The notes: generated by a model not told the origin, from the letters alone. A stretch of DNA of 64,000 bases from Spirochaetia bacterium (GCA_038204425.1 JBBRCZ010000014.1:1-64000), one strand, 5' to 3'; counted from the first letter of the stretch, positions 19,773 through 30,007 are shown. A program made the numbers and translations.

Positions 19773-21068
19773 TCAACGGCTCAGCCTGACTATGGTTTCT
19801 ACGTGCGAGCTGTGCGGAAACATGTCCACTGGCTGGCAGTAGCCAATCCTATAACCAGCCTTGAGCAAAACTTTGAGATCGCGGGCCAAAGATGAGGGCG
19901 AACATGAAACATAGACGATTTGCTCTGCATGCAATCGCACTAGTTCCGACAGTAGCTCTTCTTGGCAGCCAGAGCGTGGTGGATCAAGTACAATGCTATC
20001 AAATTCTGCCAGTGCAAATCTTTTGAGCCCATTGGCTACGTCATCGCAGATAAAACTGCAATTGTTGGTCTGGTTGAGTGCGGCATTTTTGACTGCGGCA
20101 GCTACTGAGCCTGGATTGTTTTCTATGCCCACCACTTTGGCGCAATGTTGGGCCAGCGCAATACTAAAAAAACCGACGCCGCTGTACAAGTCAAGTACCG
20201 TTTGAGCGCGGCCAAGTTTTAGACTTTTGACGACCAGGTCAAGCAAGATCTTTGACTGTTGGGCATTGGTTTGGAAAAAACCGTTTAGTGGGATCTGAAA
20301 CTGCAGATCGCCACAGACCTCGGTAAGAAACTCTTGCCCTGCCACAATTCGGTAGTCATCGCGTAAGCTTGCGCCGATACCCACTACCGACGGGTTGTGG
20401 CTGCGAATATTGTCTGCAAAATCCTTTAGGTTCTGATTAAAACTTCTGACAAAAAAGTGTATACCAAGTTGCTGAGCATGATTACTGCGCACATGAATCT
20501 GCTCTATCTCGGTCGGAATTTTTTTACTGCGCAGCCATCGCCAGATGTCTTGATTGGCTTCTGACTCTACTCGGCAACGACTAGGGCTTACGGCCAGATC
20601 GTTAAATTCTTGCATAAAAAACAATTTGCCATTGACGTTTTTGAGCGAAATTTTGTTGCGAAAGCCTTCCAACTTGTCTGCAGCAATACATTGGTTAACT
20701 TTGACATCTTGTTGGCAGCGTTGCACCAGCAGCTCGCGCACCAAACGCGTCTTCCACAAAACTTGCTTGCTATAGTTAAAGTGCAGCCACTGGCATCCGC
20801 CGCAGCCTGAGTCAAACGCGGCGCACTGAGACTCGACGCGATCCGGCGATTGATGTTTGAGTTTTTGCAAGATGCCATAAACATAGCGTGGTGACACCGC
20901 TGGTATGCTGTATTCTACCGTGTCGCCGGGGAGTGTTCGCGCTATTTTGACAACTTGTTCGCGATGCTTAATAACGCCGTCGCCAAATTCATTGAGTGCG
21001 CTTACTTGGCCGACCAGATTTAGAACCTTTTCGCCTTGGCTGCGCTTTACTGTTGTCTGTTTTGCCAT
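19773..21068 (-). CDS. rlmD: 23S rRNA m5U methyltransferase, RlmD/TrmA family
   Basis: C..F..CGGCQW Fe-S motif, FFQTN, DLYSGVG, LDPPRSG, YVSC, DMFPHS.HVE. Confidence 0.88.
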   Translation of the reverse strand: MAKQTTVKRSQGEKVLNLVGQVSALNEFGDGVIKHREQVVKIARTLPGDTVEYSIPAVSPRYVYGILQKLKHQSPDRVESQCAAFDSGCGGCQWLHFNYSKQVLWKTRLVRELLVQRCQQDVKVNQCIAADKLEGFRNKISLKNVNGKLFFMQEFNDLAVSPSRCRVESEANQDIWRWLRSKKIPTEIEQIHVRSNHAQQLGIHFFVRSFNQNLKDFADNIRSHNPSVVGIGASLRDDYRIVAGQEFLTEVCGDLQFQIPLNGFFQTNAQQSKILLDLVVKSLKLGRAQTVLDLYSGVGFFSIALAQHCAKVVGIENNPGSVAAAVKNAALNQTNNCSFICDDVANGLKRFALAEFDSIVLDPPRSGCQEELLSELVRLHAEQIVYVSCSPSSLARDLKVLLKAGYRIGYCQPVDMFPHSSHVETIVRLSR

Positions 21069-21211
21069 AACCTGCCTATTAGGCCCAATCATAGCAGTTT
21101 GAGCCAGTTTTTGTCAGGACTTGAGATTTGTCGGCGCATATCCTATCTTATTGATACTCGATTAACTCACTTAGGGTTGTCTTGTAGTCACTAAAGTTTA
21201 GGAGTCACTGC

Positions 21212-22447
21212 ATGTCCCATGGAAAAGTCACCGAAATACTACATTATGATCACTTGCAAGGTGCAGAATATGGTTCGTCCCACAAAGCAACCTTTACCGG
21301 CGTAGCCTTTGGCTATCAGAAGGCGCAGGACTTGGCTGCCGTTTTTCAAGGTGCCAAGACTGGTTTTGCTTACAGTCGACAAAACAGCCCAACAGTAGGC
21401 AATCTAGAAGGTAAAATTACTGCCCTTGAGGGTGGAGTGGCCAGTCTCTGCTTTGCGACTGGCATGGCCGCCATTGGCTCCATGATTTTTGCCCTGCTCA
21501 AACGCGGGGATCACCTGATCTCGAGTCGCTTTTTGTTTGGCAATACCGTGAGTCTGCTCAAGACCTTTGAAAATTTTGGATTGGAAGTAACCTTGGTTGA
21601 CGCAACCGACTTGGCAGCCTGCGAGCAAGCGCTCAAACCTGAGACCAAGATGGTGCTGCTTGAGACCATCGGTAACCCCGTAACACAGATCGCCGATCTG
21701 GAGGGGATAGGGCAGTTTTGTAAAAAAAATAACTTGATTTACGTGGTCGACAACACCATGACTTCTAGTGCTTCTTTCTTACCAAAGACTGTTGGGGCAA
21801 GCTTTTCTATGCAGTCACTTACCAAGTATCTGTCTGGCCACGGAGACAGTCTTGGCGGCGTCTTAACCGATCTGGGCACCTACGACTGGACGAGTTTTGA
21901 CGGCATCAATCCCGCCTATCGTACGGCGCCGCCTGCATCCCAAGCCCTGTTGCAAATCAGGCGCAAAGGTCTGCGCGACTTTGGTGCCACACTTTCGCCT
22001 GAGAATGCTCACCGCATCAGCGTTGGCATGGAAACCCTGTTTCTACGCTACGAACGATCCTGCCACAACGCTATGGCGCTGGCAACATTTTTGGCTGGCC
22101 AAGCCAGCATCAAAAAAGTCTATTATCCTGGTCTCAGCGACCATCCGCAGCACCAGCGATCTGCGCGCTTGTTTTGTCATCACGGAGCCTTGCTTTCCTT
22201 TGAACTTGCCGATCAAGACAGTGCCATGGAGCTACTCAATCGTCTAAAGCTTGTCATTATTTCTACCAATTTGGGCGACACACGGACGCTTGCCTTAACG
22301 GTTGCCAACACAATCTTCTACGAAAGTGGAGCCGAGCTACGTAAAGAAATGGGCATTGCAGACGGTCTTATCCGAGTTTCGGTCGGCATTGAAGACGTAA
22401 AAGACGTAATCGAAGACTTTTCTCAGGCCCTATCGCTCAGTCTGTAA
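21212..22447 (+). CDS. Cys/Met metabolism PLP enzyme (cystathionine gamma-synthase/O-acylhomoserine sulfhydrylase family)
   Basis: YSRQNSPT, TGMAA, VDNT, SLTKYLSGHG, NLGDTRTL, RVSVGIED. Confidence 0.9.
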   Translation: MSHGKVTEILHYDHLQGAEYGSSHKATFTGVAFGYQKAQDLAAVFQGAKTGFAYSRQNSPTVGNLEGKITALEGGVASLCFATGMAAIGSMIFALLKRGDHLISSRFLFGNTVSLLKTFENFGLEVTLVDATDLAACEQALKPETKMVLLETIGNPVTQIADLEGIGQFCKKNNLIYVVDNTMTSSASFLPKTVGASFSMQSLTKYLSGHGDSLGGVLTDLGTYDWTSFDGINPAYRTAPPASQALLQIRRKGLRDFGATLSPENAHRISVGMETLFLRYERSCHNAMALATFLAGQASIKKVYYPGLSDHPQHQRSARLFCHHGALLSFELADQDSAMELLNRLKLVIISTNLGDTRTLALTVANTIFYESGAELRKEMGIADGLIRVSVGIEDVKDVIEDFSQALSLSL

Positions 22448-22476
22448 AAGGACACTTGACCACTAGCTAAGCGAGT

Positions 22477-22761
22477 ATGAGACCAAACAGCGCCCAATCC
22501 ATTAGCTATATTTGGAACCTAAATCACTACAAGGAAGTGATAGCCAAGAGTTTTTCTATGCTTGAAGAGTCGCTTAATCGAGTTGTTATTTCTGGCTACA
22601 AAGAAGAGCGTTTGGACTTCCAAGAGCAACCGAAACACTGTGTGCAACGCGGCGGGCGTAGTTTTAATGTGGTTTGTGATCAAAAGACAGTCCTCACGGC
22701 AACCATCACCAGCAACAAGACAATTGAAAGAGCCGGTAGTGCAGCCGAGGGTTCATTCTGA
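22477..22761 (+). pseudogene. Possible remnant of a TrmB-like regulator, HTH missing
   Basis: YIWNL..Y.EVI.K..ML..IS...EE and RGGR.F.VVCD..VL.ATI resemble TrmB effector-domain segments; TGATG coupling to the next remnant. Confidence 0.35.
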
Positions 22762-23186
22762 TGGCCGAAGACAAGATCAGACACGGCATTTTTGAAGGAC
22801 TTCGCGTCTACGACGGCGAGATTTTTCGTCTTTCTGCCCACCTCAAACGACTGTATCAAGGCGCGCGTTCGCTGCTTTTAAATAGAGACTAGCAGAGCGG
22901 CGTACCCGTTATAACCAGCGTTATGCGCCGCAACCTCAACAACATAATGGCCAAAATTCAAGCCAGGCAAGCCGGTGCCCAAGAAGCACTTTTTCTCAGT
23001 AACGAGGGCTACGTGGCCGAATGCACGGGCGACAATATAGTAGTGGTAAAAGACGGCCAACTTATGGTGCCAGTCTCAAACCTTGATGTTCGCACGTACA
23101 CGGTACACGGCCCCATCTTTGCTCATCTGCAGCAAGCATTTGGCACTGCAATTATTAACGATAAAGCCTGGTGGGCGGGGGTATAG
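22761..23186 (+). pseudogene. ilvE: Collapsed branched-chain aminotransferase (class IV)
   Basis: One frame reads GIFEGLRVYDGEIFRLSAHLKRL, TAG at 22890-22892, LNNIMAKIQARQAGAQEALFL..EGYVAECTGDNI, GPI..LQQAF; about half normal length. Confidence 0.85.
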
Positions 23187-23206
23187 CGGGTGGATGGCCA
23201 CAATAA

Positions 23207-26176
23207 TTAATAGACCAACTGTGTCACCCTTGCCGCCACAGGAAAGTCAGGAACATTGACAGGCAGCACTGTTGTCGGGCTCTGCTTGCCACCGGTTAGT
23301 TTTTTAACTCGTTCTGCAATATACAAATCCAGCTCTTTTACACTTATTGCGCCATCGTCGTTAACGTCCGCTTTGCCGCCGAGACCTTCTACCAGTGCCT
23401 TGGTAAAGGCGCCATTGCCCCACTCAGGACTCTCCAAAGAAAACTGGCGACCAGTGCTTGCGGTAAAGACGACTGCACCATTTTCTGCGCTAGCGAGGTC
23501 GTTAACCATAGCGTCAACATCTACCGCAACGGCGCGGCGTCCTTGCCCCATTACATTGCCTGAGTGACACGAATCTATAAAGAAGAGTGCTTTTCCTGCG
23601 ATGCTACGGACAACGTTTTGGATATCACTAAAGGCAAGCCCCGTTCGTAGAAGTCGTTCTGGATCGGCATTGGATGGTAAGAAATAGTACGATCCGCTGT
23701 TGTCATTGATGCCATGGCCCGCCAAAAAAATCATGGCCACGTCGCGGGCCGTAGTTTGCGTGCGGATCCAATCCAAACCATCCAAAATATTGTCCTTATT
23801 GGCGTCCGTGTCCTTGAGAATCTGGACTTCTACATCTCTATAGAGTTGCCCTTTCTGTTTGAGCAAGGCATCGACCGTGTCTTGCGCATCCTTAGCGGCC
23901 AAGGCAAGATTTAGTTCGCTTTTTTGGTATTTGGATACGCCAATTGCCAAGACATAGAGTTTGGGCTTAAAAGCATCTTGACTTACGCTGCCTTGGTACT
24001 TGAGCGCAACCGAAGCTGGTTCACTAATTAGCGCACCGCTTTCTGCAATTAAAGAAACGCTGACATCGCGGCCTGGCAGCTCAATTTCTATGCTTTGCTC
24101 GCGGTCAGCAGCCAAGATTTTCCCCAAACCACGGGTCGTTTCAAGCGGTCGCCCGTCTATCAAGACGCGCATGCCGCTGATAGTGCCACCAGAAGGCGTG
24201 CGCACACGATAAGAAATAGTTACTGATTTGCCACTAAAGCTTGTGCCTGTTGATGGTGACAGGATAGTTATCAAAGGTGGTAGATTGGTGCGAATATCAT
24301 TGGCAACCTGGACCGAGCCTTGTCGGGTGCGGTTGGCTTCTTCTAGTGCAAGCTTTTCATCCTTTTTGCTCAAGACCAATCCAATCACATCTGGTCTATA
24401 ATAAGTTGACTTCCAGCGTGAAAGTGGAAAACTGTCAGGCGCCTGGTCAAGCCCATTGTTTAAATGCCAGCGCAAAAAATCATCTGCACCAATCGACGCA
24501 TCATAGTAGCCGCTTGCAGTCCATGCCACCCAGCGCTTTCGATCGGGATGGGGGTAGATATTGAGCAGTAGCTTGCCGTCGCTCATTTTGTAATAGCGAA
24601 TAGTTCCGTCTCCATACGAAGCGCTGCCAATGGAGCCATCGGCTGAAACAGCGACGGCCCAGCTGGCACTCGGTGCAGCCGCTTGCCACAACTGGTTTCC
24701 ATTTTTGTCAAAGCAGCGCAAGTACATGTGAGTCCCCAAAAGAAAGCTATTCTTGTCGGGGCTAATAGCCAAACTCATCGATTTTTCGTAGTTTTCCAAG
24801 CTTAGTCGTTTGCTGCCAAGTCTTGGTTCGTTGTGGTAGTTCCAATTAATTATATCGAGGCTGCTCGTGTCTTGTGGGGGCAAATCTCGAGGTTCTACCA
24901 AGTTTCTGTCGTCAAGCGAAAACGTGGCGGGTGATTTACCAAAAGGTTCAAAAGCAAAGTTGCTTAGTCGACCATCAGTAGAAATTCTAAAGCCAGCATG
25001 ATTATCTCTAAAGTCAGCTACCTGGGGCAAAAAGCTAAATCTCGTTGCAAACAACTTATCATAGCGCGCAAGAATCGGGTCCGCTGTAGCCACAATGATA
25101 TCCGCGTTGTTAATGGCTTTTATATCCATAATGGTGCTAAAGATCTGTTGGTGCTTAAAACTACGCTTTCCACGACCAGCGTCTTCCCAGACCACAAGTG
25201 GATATTGTCCGTTGTCACTAAAGCTTCCGCCCGCCACCAAGACGGGTTGTGCATTTGACTTGTTTGACGTAGCGCCAAAAGTCAGTGCAATCAAGCCACC
25301 ACCTTGCATACCACTTGTGTCTGCACTGTAGGAATATTCAAGTGACCGAGCTTGGGCAAGAAAAACATCAACTTCACAAACTACGTCATAGCCAATCGCA
25401 ATCAGATAAGCGCCGTCAACCTTTTTGGGGCTAAAGCTAAGTCCATACGATTGCTGTCCTGGTCGATGTTTTGTGCTTGCGATCAATTTAATGGTACCAT
25501 CAAAGCGACCATAGAGATTGAGTGTGCCGTCCATACACGACGCAGCCATTAGATTGCCGTCAGGGCTAAAGGCAATAGCATTGCTGCGATCCGAATAATC
25601 AGGGTCTGCAAAGACTTGCTCACCACTCTTACTATTAAAGACCAAGAGCCCAGCGCTCGGCCCCATTGCACAGGCTAAGAGGATAGGGCCGGCCGCTGTG
25701 CTTGGTGAAAAAGCCAGGTCAAAGACGGCATTGGGAAGTCCTTTGATGCGACGTAGCATAGTGCCGGTTTCTGTCTCATATAAATAGATCGAGCAGCTGC
25801 CATCAAAGTCCCAACCCGTCCAGCCACTCAAGGCGATAGTTTTGGCATCTGGCGACAAGGCAACTGCGTAAAGTTTGCCTTCGTGTCCTTCGGTCTGCGG
25901 AACGCGAATTACGCGCAAGAGCCGACCTTGGTCGTCAAAAACGCGCGCCGACTTATCGTCACTTACACTGACGATGCGCTTGCCGTCGCCAGATACAGCA
26001 ACCGCTCGCAGCATCGCAGTATGGAAGCCAGGTTCGAGTATAAGTTGAGGTTCAGTTGGAACCTTGCTGGCAAAACTTGGCAGGGCAAGCATGAGCAACG
26101 CAAAAGCCAAAGTCAAGCCACGCACGCGTTTTATGCTTAAGATAATCTCTTGTTTTCTGATCATAAAATACATCAT
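23207..26176 (-). CDS. WD40-repeat protein with C-terminal caspase-like (peptidase C14) domain (start uncertain)
   Basis: Signal-peptide-like N-terminus; many WD40 repeats; LYVLAIGVSKY, FLAGHG, IDSCHSG, GAFTKAL, QSP. Confidence 0.88.
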   Translation of the reverse strand: MMYFMIRKQEIILSIKRVRGLTLAFALLMLALPSFASKVPTEPQLILEPGFHTAMLRAVAVSGDGKRIVSVSDDKSARVFDDQGRLLRVIRVPQTEGHEGKLYAVALSPDAKTIALSGWTGWDFDGSCSIYLYETETGTMLRRIKGLPNAVFDLAFSPSTAAGPILLACAMGPSAGLLVFNSKSGEQVFADPDYSDRSNAIAFSPDGNLMAASCMDGTLNLYGRFDGTIKLIASTKHRPGQQSYGLSFSPKKVDGAYLIAIGYDVVCEVDVFLAQARSLEYSYSADTSGMQGGGLIALTFGATSNKSNAQPVLVAGGSFSDNGQYPLVVWEDAGRGKRSFKHQQIFSTIMDIKAINNADIIVATADPILARYDKLFATRFSFLPQVADFRDNHAGFRISTDGRLSNFAFEPFGKSPATFSLDDRNLVEPRDLPPQDTSSLDIINWNYHNEPRLGSKRLSLENYEKSMSLAISPDKNSFLLGTHMYLRCFDKNGNQLWQAAAPSASWAVAVSADGSIGSASYGDGTIRYYKMSDGKLLLNIYPHPDRKRWVAWTASGYYDASIGADDFLRWHLNNGLDQAPDSFPLSRWKSTYYRPDVIGLVLSKKDEKLALEEANRTRQGSVQVANDIRTNLPPLITILSPSTGTSFSGKSVTISYRVRTPSGGTISGMRVLIDGRPLETTRGLGKILAADREQSIEIELPGRDVSVSLIAESGALISEPASVALKYQGSVSQDAFKPKLYVLAIGVSKYQKSELNLALAAKDAQDTVDALLKQKGQLYRDVEVQILKDTDANKDNILDGLDWIRTQTTARDVAMIFLAGHGINDNSGSYYFLPSNADPERLLRTGLAFSDIQNVVRSIAGKALFFIDSCHSGNVMGQGRRAVAVDVDAMVNDLASAENGAVVFTASTGRQFSLESPEWGNGAFTKALVEGLGGKADVNDDGAISVKELDLYIAERVKKLTGGKQSPTTVLPVNVPDFPVAARVTQLVY

Positions 26177-26194
26177 CCTACCTTGTCCTAGGAC

Positions 26195-26220
26195 TGTCAA
26201 GATTAAGTCAAATCTTGACA
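26195..26220. promoter_or_regulatory. Inverted repeat between divergent genes, possible operator
   Basis: TGTCAAGATT-N6-AATCTTGACA; contains TTGACA on both strands. Confidence 0.5.
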
Positions 26221-26296
26221 AGTTTTACTAAGTCATGGCCAGCATGCGACGTTCTCATCAGTCGACTATATGAGCATTTGGTAATACAATCGGTTT

Positions 26297-27136
26297 ATGG
26301 AGAATATTATTATGTCACATGACCTTACTAAAAAGAATGCTGGTGAAATTCGTCAAGCGGTGCTTGAGCGTTATGGAGAAATCGCGCGCAGTGAAGGTAT
26401 TGATTCTTGTTGTGGAGGCGGTTCTGCCTGTTGTGGATCGCCTGACAGTCAGGGTTTGAGTCAAGCTTCTCAAAGTGTCGGTTATGGTTTTGAGCAACTT
26501 TCTAGTATCCCTGCAGGCGCCAATCTGGGGTTGGGTTGCGGCAACCCTCAGGCTATAGCTGCACTAAAACCCGGTGAGACCGTTTTGGATCTTGGTAGTG
26601 GCGCAGGCATCGACTGCTTTTTGGCCGCCAATGCTGTTGGCAAGACGGGTAGGGTCATCGGAGTAGACATCAATCCAGACATGATCAAACGAGCTCGCAG
26701 CAACCAAGAAAAAGGCTCTTATGAACAAGTTGAGTTTAGACTTGGCGAGATTGAGATCATACCAGTAGAAGACAATAGCGTCGACGTGGTCATTTCTAAC
26801 TGCGTAATCAATTTGTCAGCTGATCAAGCACTTGTTTATAATGATGCTTTTAGAGTGCTAAAGGCAGGGGGAAGGCTGGCAATTTCGGACACAGTGGCTG
26901 CCGGTCCAATTCCTGATGCCATCAAGGAGGACCTCGCTATGCATTCGGCATGTATTAGTGGGGCGCTCTCGGTAGAGCAGCTAACTGCGATCTTAAAAGC
27001 AGCAGGATTTGAGAAGATTCACCTACAACCTAAGAATCTAAGCAAGGCATTTATCAAAGAATGGGCGCCAGGAACTGGTGTGGAAGACTTTGTACTGTCA
27101 GCAACTATCGAAGCTCAAAAACCACTTGTTACTTGA
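26297..27136 (+). CDS. arsM: Arsenite S-adenosylmethyltransferase
   Basis: N-terminal CC pairs, NLGLGCGNP, LDLGSGAG.D, VISNCVINL, ACISGA. Confidence 0.88.
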   Translation: MENIIMSHDLTKKNAGEIRQAVLERYGEIARSEGIDSCCGGGSACCGSPDSQGLSQASQSVGYGFEQLSSIPAGANLGLGCGNPQAIAALKPGETVLDLGSGAGIDCFLAANAVGKTGRVIGVDINPDMIKRARSNQEKGSYEQVEFRLGEIEIIPVEDNSVDVVISNCVINLSADQALVYNDAFRVLKAGGRLAISDTVAAGPIPDAIKEDLAMHSACISGALSVEQLTAILKAAGFEKIHLQPKNLSKAFIKEWAPGTGVEDFVLSATIEAQKPLVT

Positions 27137-27161
27137 CCGTGCTCATGCCGATACTTGAACA

Positions 27162-28361
27162 ATGAAGATTGACTTAGATTGGTATCACAACTGCCCCGAA
27201 TCAAATGACCTAAGCCAGCTTCTGCAAGCACGGACCTCGGCGCCTGTGCCTGCAGACTGGATCATATATTTGACAGACGTTAGCGGCTCCACCAAAGCAA
27301 TCGATCAAGGCAAGTACAAAGACGTTAACACGGTCGGATGCTTGCCCTTGATGGCGCTGGCAAACTATTTTGAGACCTTGGATTTTCCCTTTGTGTTTGG
27401 GGGAGACGGTGTAACCTTGGTTTTGCCTCCCGAGATGGATAGTGAAGTGCGCAGGATACTAATAGACACCCAAAGCACTGCCAGCCAAATTTTTGACCTT
27501 AGCTTACGCCTATCAGCAGTCAGGGTAGCAGACGTTTACGCACGTGGTGCTCAATTGGCTATTGCGCGCTTAAAGGTTTCGGATCGCTACTCTCAAGCCG
27601 TCTTCTACGGTGATGGTTTGGATATAGCAGAAAAGCTTCTCAAGGATGACCATGACCAGGGCGGCGGCGCATCGTTTCGTATTGTGGCCAAGCCCAATCA
27701 CCAAGCCTTAGCCAATTTTGAAGGATTTTCTTGTCGCTGGAAGGATGTGCCAAGTCCCAAGGAAATCACGGTGGCACTCTTGCTCAAGCCAGGCACCACG
27801 CCGGGCTCAAAATCCGTTGAAGAGCTGCTGCGCCGGCTGCAGTTTTTTATAGGCGACGTGCAATCCTCACATCCCCTGTCGGTTGCCAATCAATCAATTC
27901 GTACCGATTCCTCACCGTTGCGCCTCGAGGCCAAATTGGAATCCTGGACAACCATGGGGCTGGCTGCCTGGCTAAAGCTGGTTTTAAAAACTATGGCGCT
28001 ACGGCTTAAAGTGACTGTCGCTCGCTTTGCCCTTGCTTTTAATGTGCCGCTGGTTTATCAGGGCATGCAAGTCAATCTCAAGCGACAGGAGAACATGATG
28101 CATGCCGATACCCGCAAGTTTGACGGTTTACTCAAGTTGGTGGCAGCAGTAAACCGTAAAAATCTTGATTCGCTCAAAAAGTGGCTAGACGAAGAAGAGT
28201 CCAAAGGTCGTTTGAACTACGGCATTCACGAAAGCGATCGCGCTTTGATGACCTGCATGGTTCATTCTGTTTCAAGTGGTGAAGTACATTTTATCGATGC
28301 GGCCGATGGAGGATACGCACTTGCTGCTCGCCAACTCAAGCTCAAACTTGCTCGCTCTTAA
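27162..28361 (+). CDS. DUF3095-like protein
   Basis: TDVSGSTKAI..GKYKDVN, FPFVFGGDG, F.GFSCRW, D.RKFDG, HFIDAADGGYALAA. Confidence 0.8.
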   Translation: MKIDLDWYHNCPESNDLSQLLQARTSAPVPADWIIYLTDVSGSTKAIDQGKYKDVNTVGCLPLMALANYFETLDFPFVFGGDGVTLVLPPEMDSEVRRILIDTQSTASQIFDLSLRLSAVRVADVYARGAQLAIARLKVSDRYSQAVFYGDGLDIAEKLLKDDHDQGGGASFRIVAKPNHQALANFEGFSCRWKDVPSPKEITVALLLKPGTTPGSKSVEELLRRLQFFIGDVQSSHPLSVANQSIRTDSSPLRLEAKLESWTTMGLAAWLKLVLKTMALRLKVTVARFALAFNVPLVYQGMQVNLKRQENMMHADTRKFDGLLKLVAAVNRKNLDSLKKWLDEEESKGRLNYGIHESDRALMTCMVHSVSSGEVHFIDAADGGYALAARQLKLKLARS

Positions 28362-28379
28362 TATTTATCTCCAAAGCGC

Positions 28380-28408
28380 TTGACCAAATCCGCCGAGGCC
28401 TGTATAAC
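28380..28408 (+). promoter_or_regulatory. Sigma70-type promoter of tuf/S10 operon
   Basis: TTGACC-17 nt-TATAAC. Confidence 0.65.
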
Positions 28409-28413
28409 TACCC

Positions 28414-28806
28414 GAAACTATCGCTGCACCCGCAGTTAAGTTTTTCTGGTTTTACCAAACCTAACATCCTGTGGTGTTTGATGCCTGTTTTAAACCTTAC
28501 GGCTGTCGTTGACAGCTGGTGGTCAATATGGGTAACACGGGTGGTTAAGGTGGTGACCGTGCGATCAGCATCCTATCCTGCACGGATTGATGATGAACCC
28601 CAGCCTTGAGTTGACGGTTCCTCTGGTCAAGCTAAGTGACTCCCTTAGTGCAAGGCTTTATTGTCTTGCTGCCATCTCACTCATTCTTCACTCGATTTTG
28701 GTTTAACAACGCCAGAGAACTCTACTGCTACGTGGCTACCCGGTATGGGATCTGACCATGGTCAGTATTTGATTTTCGTTACGGACACGCACAGTAGGAG
28801 GACGTA
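28414..28806 (+). ncRNA. Candidate long structured 5' leader of tuf
   Basis: About 390 nt without a convincing gene; at least five stem domains; the last one pairs with the SD. Confidence 0.5.
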
Positions 28807-29997
28807 ATGGCGAAGGAAAAATTCGAGAGGACTAAGCCTCATATTAACGTTGGTACCATCGGTCATATTGACCATGGTAAGACCACGCTGACTGCTGCTC
28901 TCACAATGTATAGCGCCGCCAAATTTGGCGCTAAGGCCCTCAAGTACGAGGACATCGACAATGCCCCCGAAGAAAAAGCACGTGGTATTACTATTAATAC
29001 ACGACACGTTGAATACACTTCGGAAAAGCGCCACTACGCTCACGTTGACTGCCCAGGACATGCTGACTACGTCAAGAACATGATCACTGGTGCTGCTCAG
29101 ATGGACGGTGGCGTTCTGGTTGTTTCTGCAACCGACGGCCCTATGGCCCAAACTCGCGAGCACATTCTTTTGGCTCGTCAGGTTGGTGTTCCAAAGTTGC
29201 TGGTTTTTATCAACAAGTGTGACATGGTAGACGATATCGAGCTCATTGACCTTGTTGAAGAAGAAATGCGCGACTTGCTTAAGGCTCAAAAGTTCCCAGG
29301 GGATGAAATTCCGTTTATCCGTGGTGCTGCTTTTGGTGCTATGAGTGAGCCTGGCAATCCAGAAAAGACTAAGTGTATTGAAGAGCTGTTGAACGCAATG
29401 GATACTTATTTTGAAGTTCCACCACGCGCCACCGACAAGCCATTCCTTATGCCTATTGAAGACGTATTCTCAATTCAAGGACGAGGAACTGTTGTTACTG
29501 GTCGTATTGAAAGAGGGATTGTCAAGGTTGGTGATACTGTTGAAATCATTGGTTTGCGTGACACGAAGACCACCACCGTTACTGGTGTAGAAATGTTTAA
29601 CAAGTTGCTCGACTCTGGTGAGGCTGGTGACAACGTTGGCGCTCTGCTGCGTGGTATCGACAAGAAAGATGTTGAACGCGGTCAAGTTTTGGCCAAGCCT
29701 GGTTCAATCACACCACACAAGAATTTCAAAGGTACCGTTTACGTTCTTTCCTCAGAAGAGGGTGGACGAAAGACTCCCTTCTTCTCTGGTTATCGACCAC
29801 AGTTCTATTTCCGAACAACTGACGTTACCGGCACGGTAAATCTTCCAGCTGGTAAAGAAATGGCAATGCCTGGCGACAACCTCGAGATTTTGGCTGAGTT
29901 GATTTATCCGATTGCCATGGACAAGGGTCTTCGTTTTGCTATCCGCGAGGGTGGTCGAACCGTTGCTTCTGGTCAGGTTATCGAAATTACCGAATAG
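28807..29997 (+). CDS. tuf: Elongation factor Tu
   Basis: [26 protein letters not shown]. Confidence 0.99.
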   Translation: MAKEKFERTKPHINVGTIGHIDHGKTTLTAALTMYSAAKFGAKALKYEDIDNAPEEKARGITINTRHVEYTSEKRHYAHVDCPGHADYVKNMITGAAQMDGGVLVVSATDGPMAQTREHILLARQVGVPKLLVFINKCDMVDDIELIDLVEEEMRDLLKAQKFPGDEIPFIRGAAFGAMSEPGNPEKTKCIEELLNAMDTYFEVPPRATDKPFLMPIEDVFSIQGRGTVVTGRIERGIVKVGDTVEIIGLRDTKTTTVTGVEMFNKLLDSGEAGDNVGALLRGIDKKDVERGQVLAKPGSITPHKNFKGTVYVLSSEEGGRKTPFFSGYRPQFYFRTTDVTGTVNLPAGKEMAMPGDNLEILAELIYPIAMDKGLRFAIREGGRTVASGQVIEITE

Positions 29998-30007
29998 TTT
30001 TTTGGTT

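Noticed and set aside
28481..28609. 42-codon uORF with three Trp codons in the tuf leader as an attenuator peptide
   Set aside because: No SD, no link between Trp and tuf, and no downstream terminator; cannot be excluded without Ribo-seq
28414..28806. tRNA cluster upstream of tuf (as with tufB), or tmRNA/RNase P/SRP RNA
   Set aside because: No T-loop GTTCGA, acceptor-stem pattern or conserved core motifs recognised on either strand
28762..29289. Long antisense or overlapping ORFs (also 32811..33416, 35822..36307, 2721..3173)
   Set aside because: Shadows of well-supported genes with no recognisable motifs
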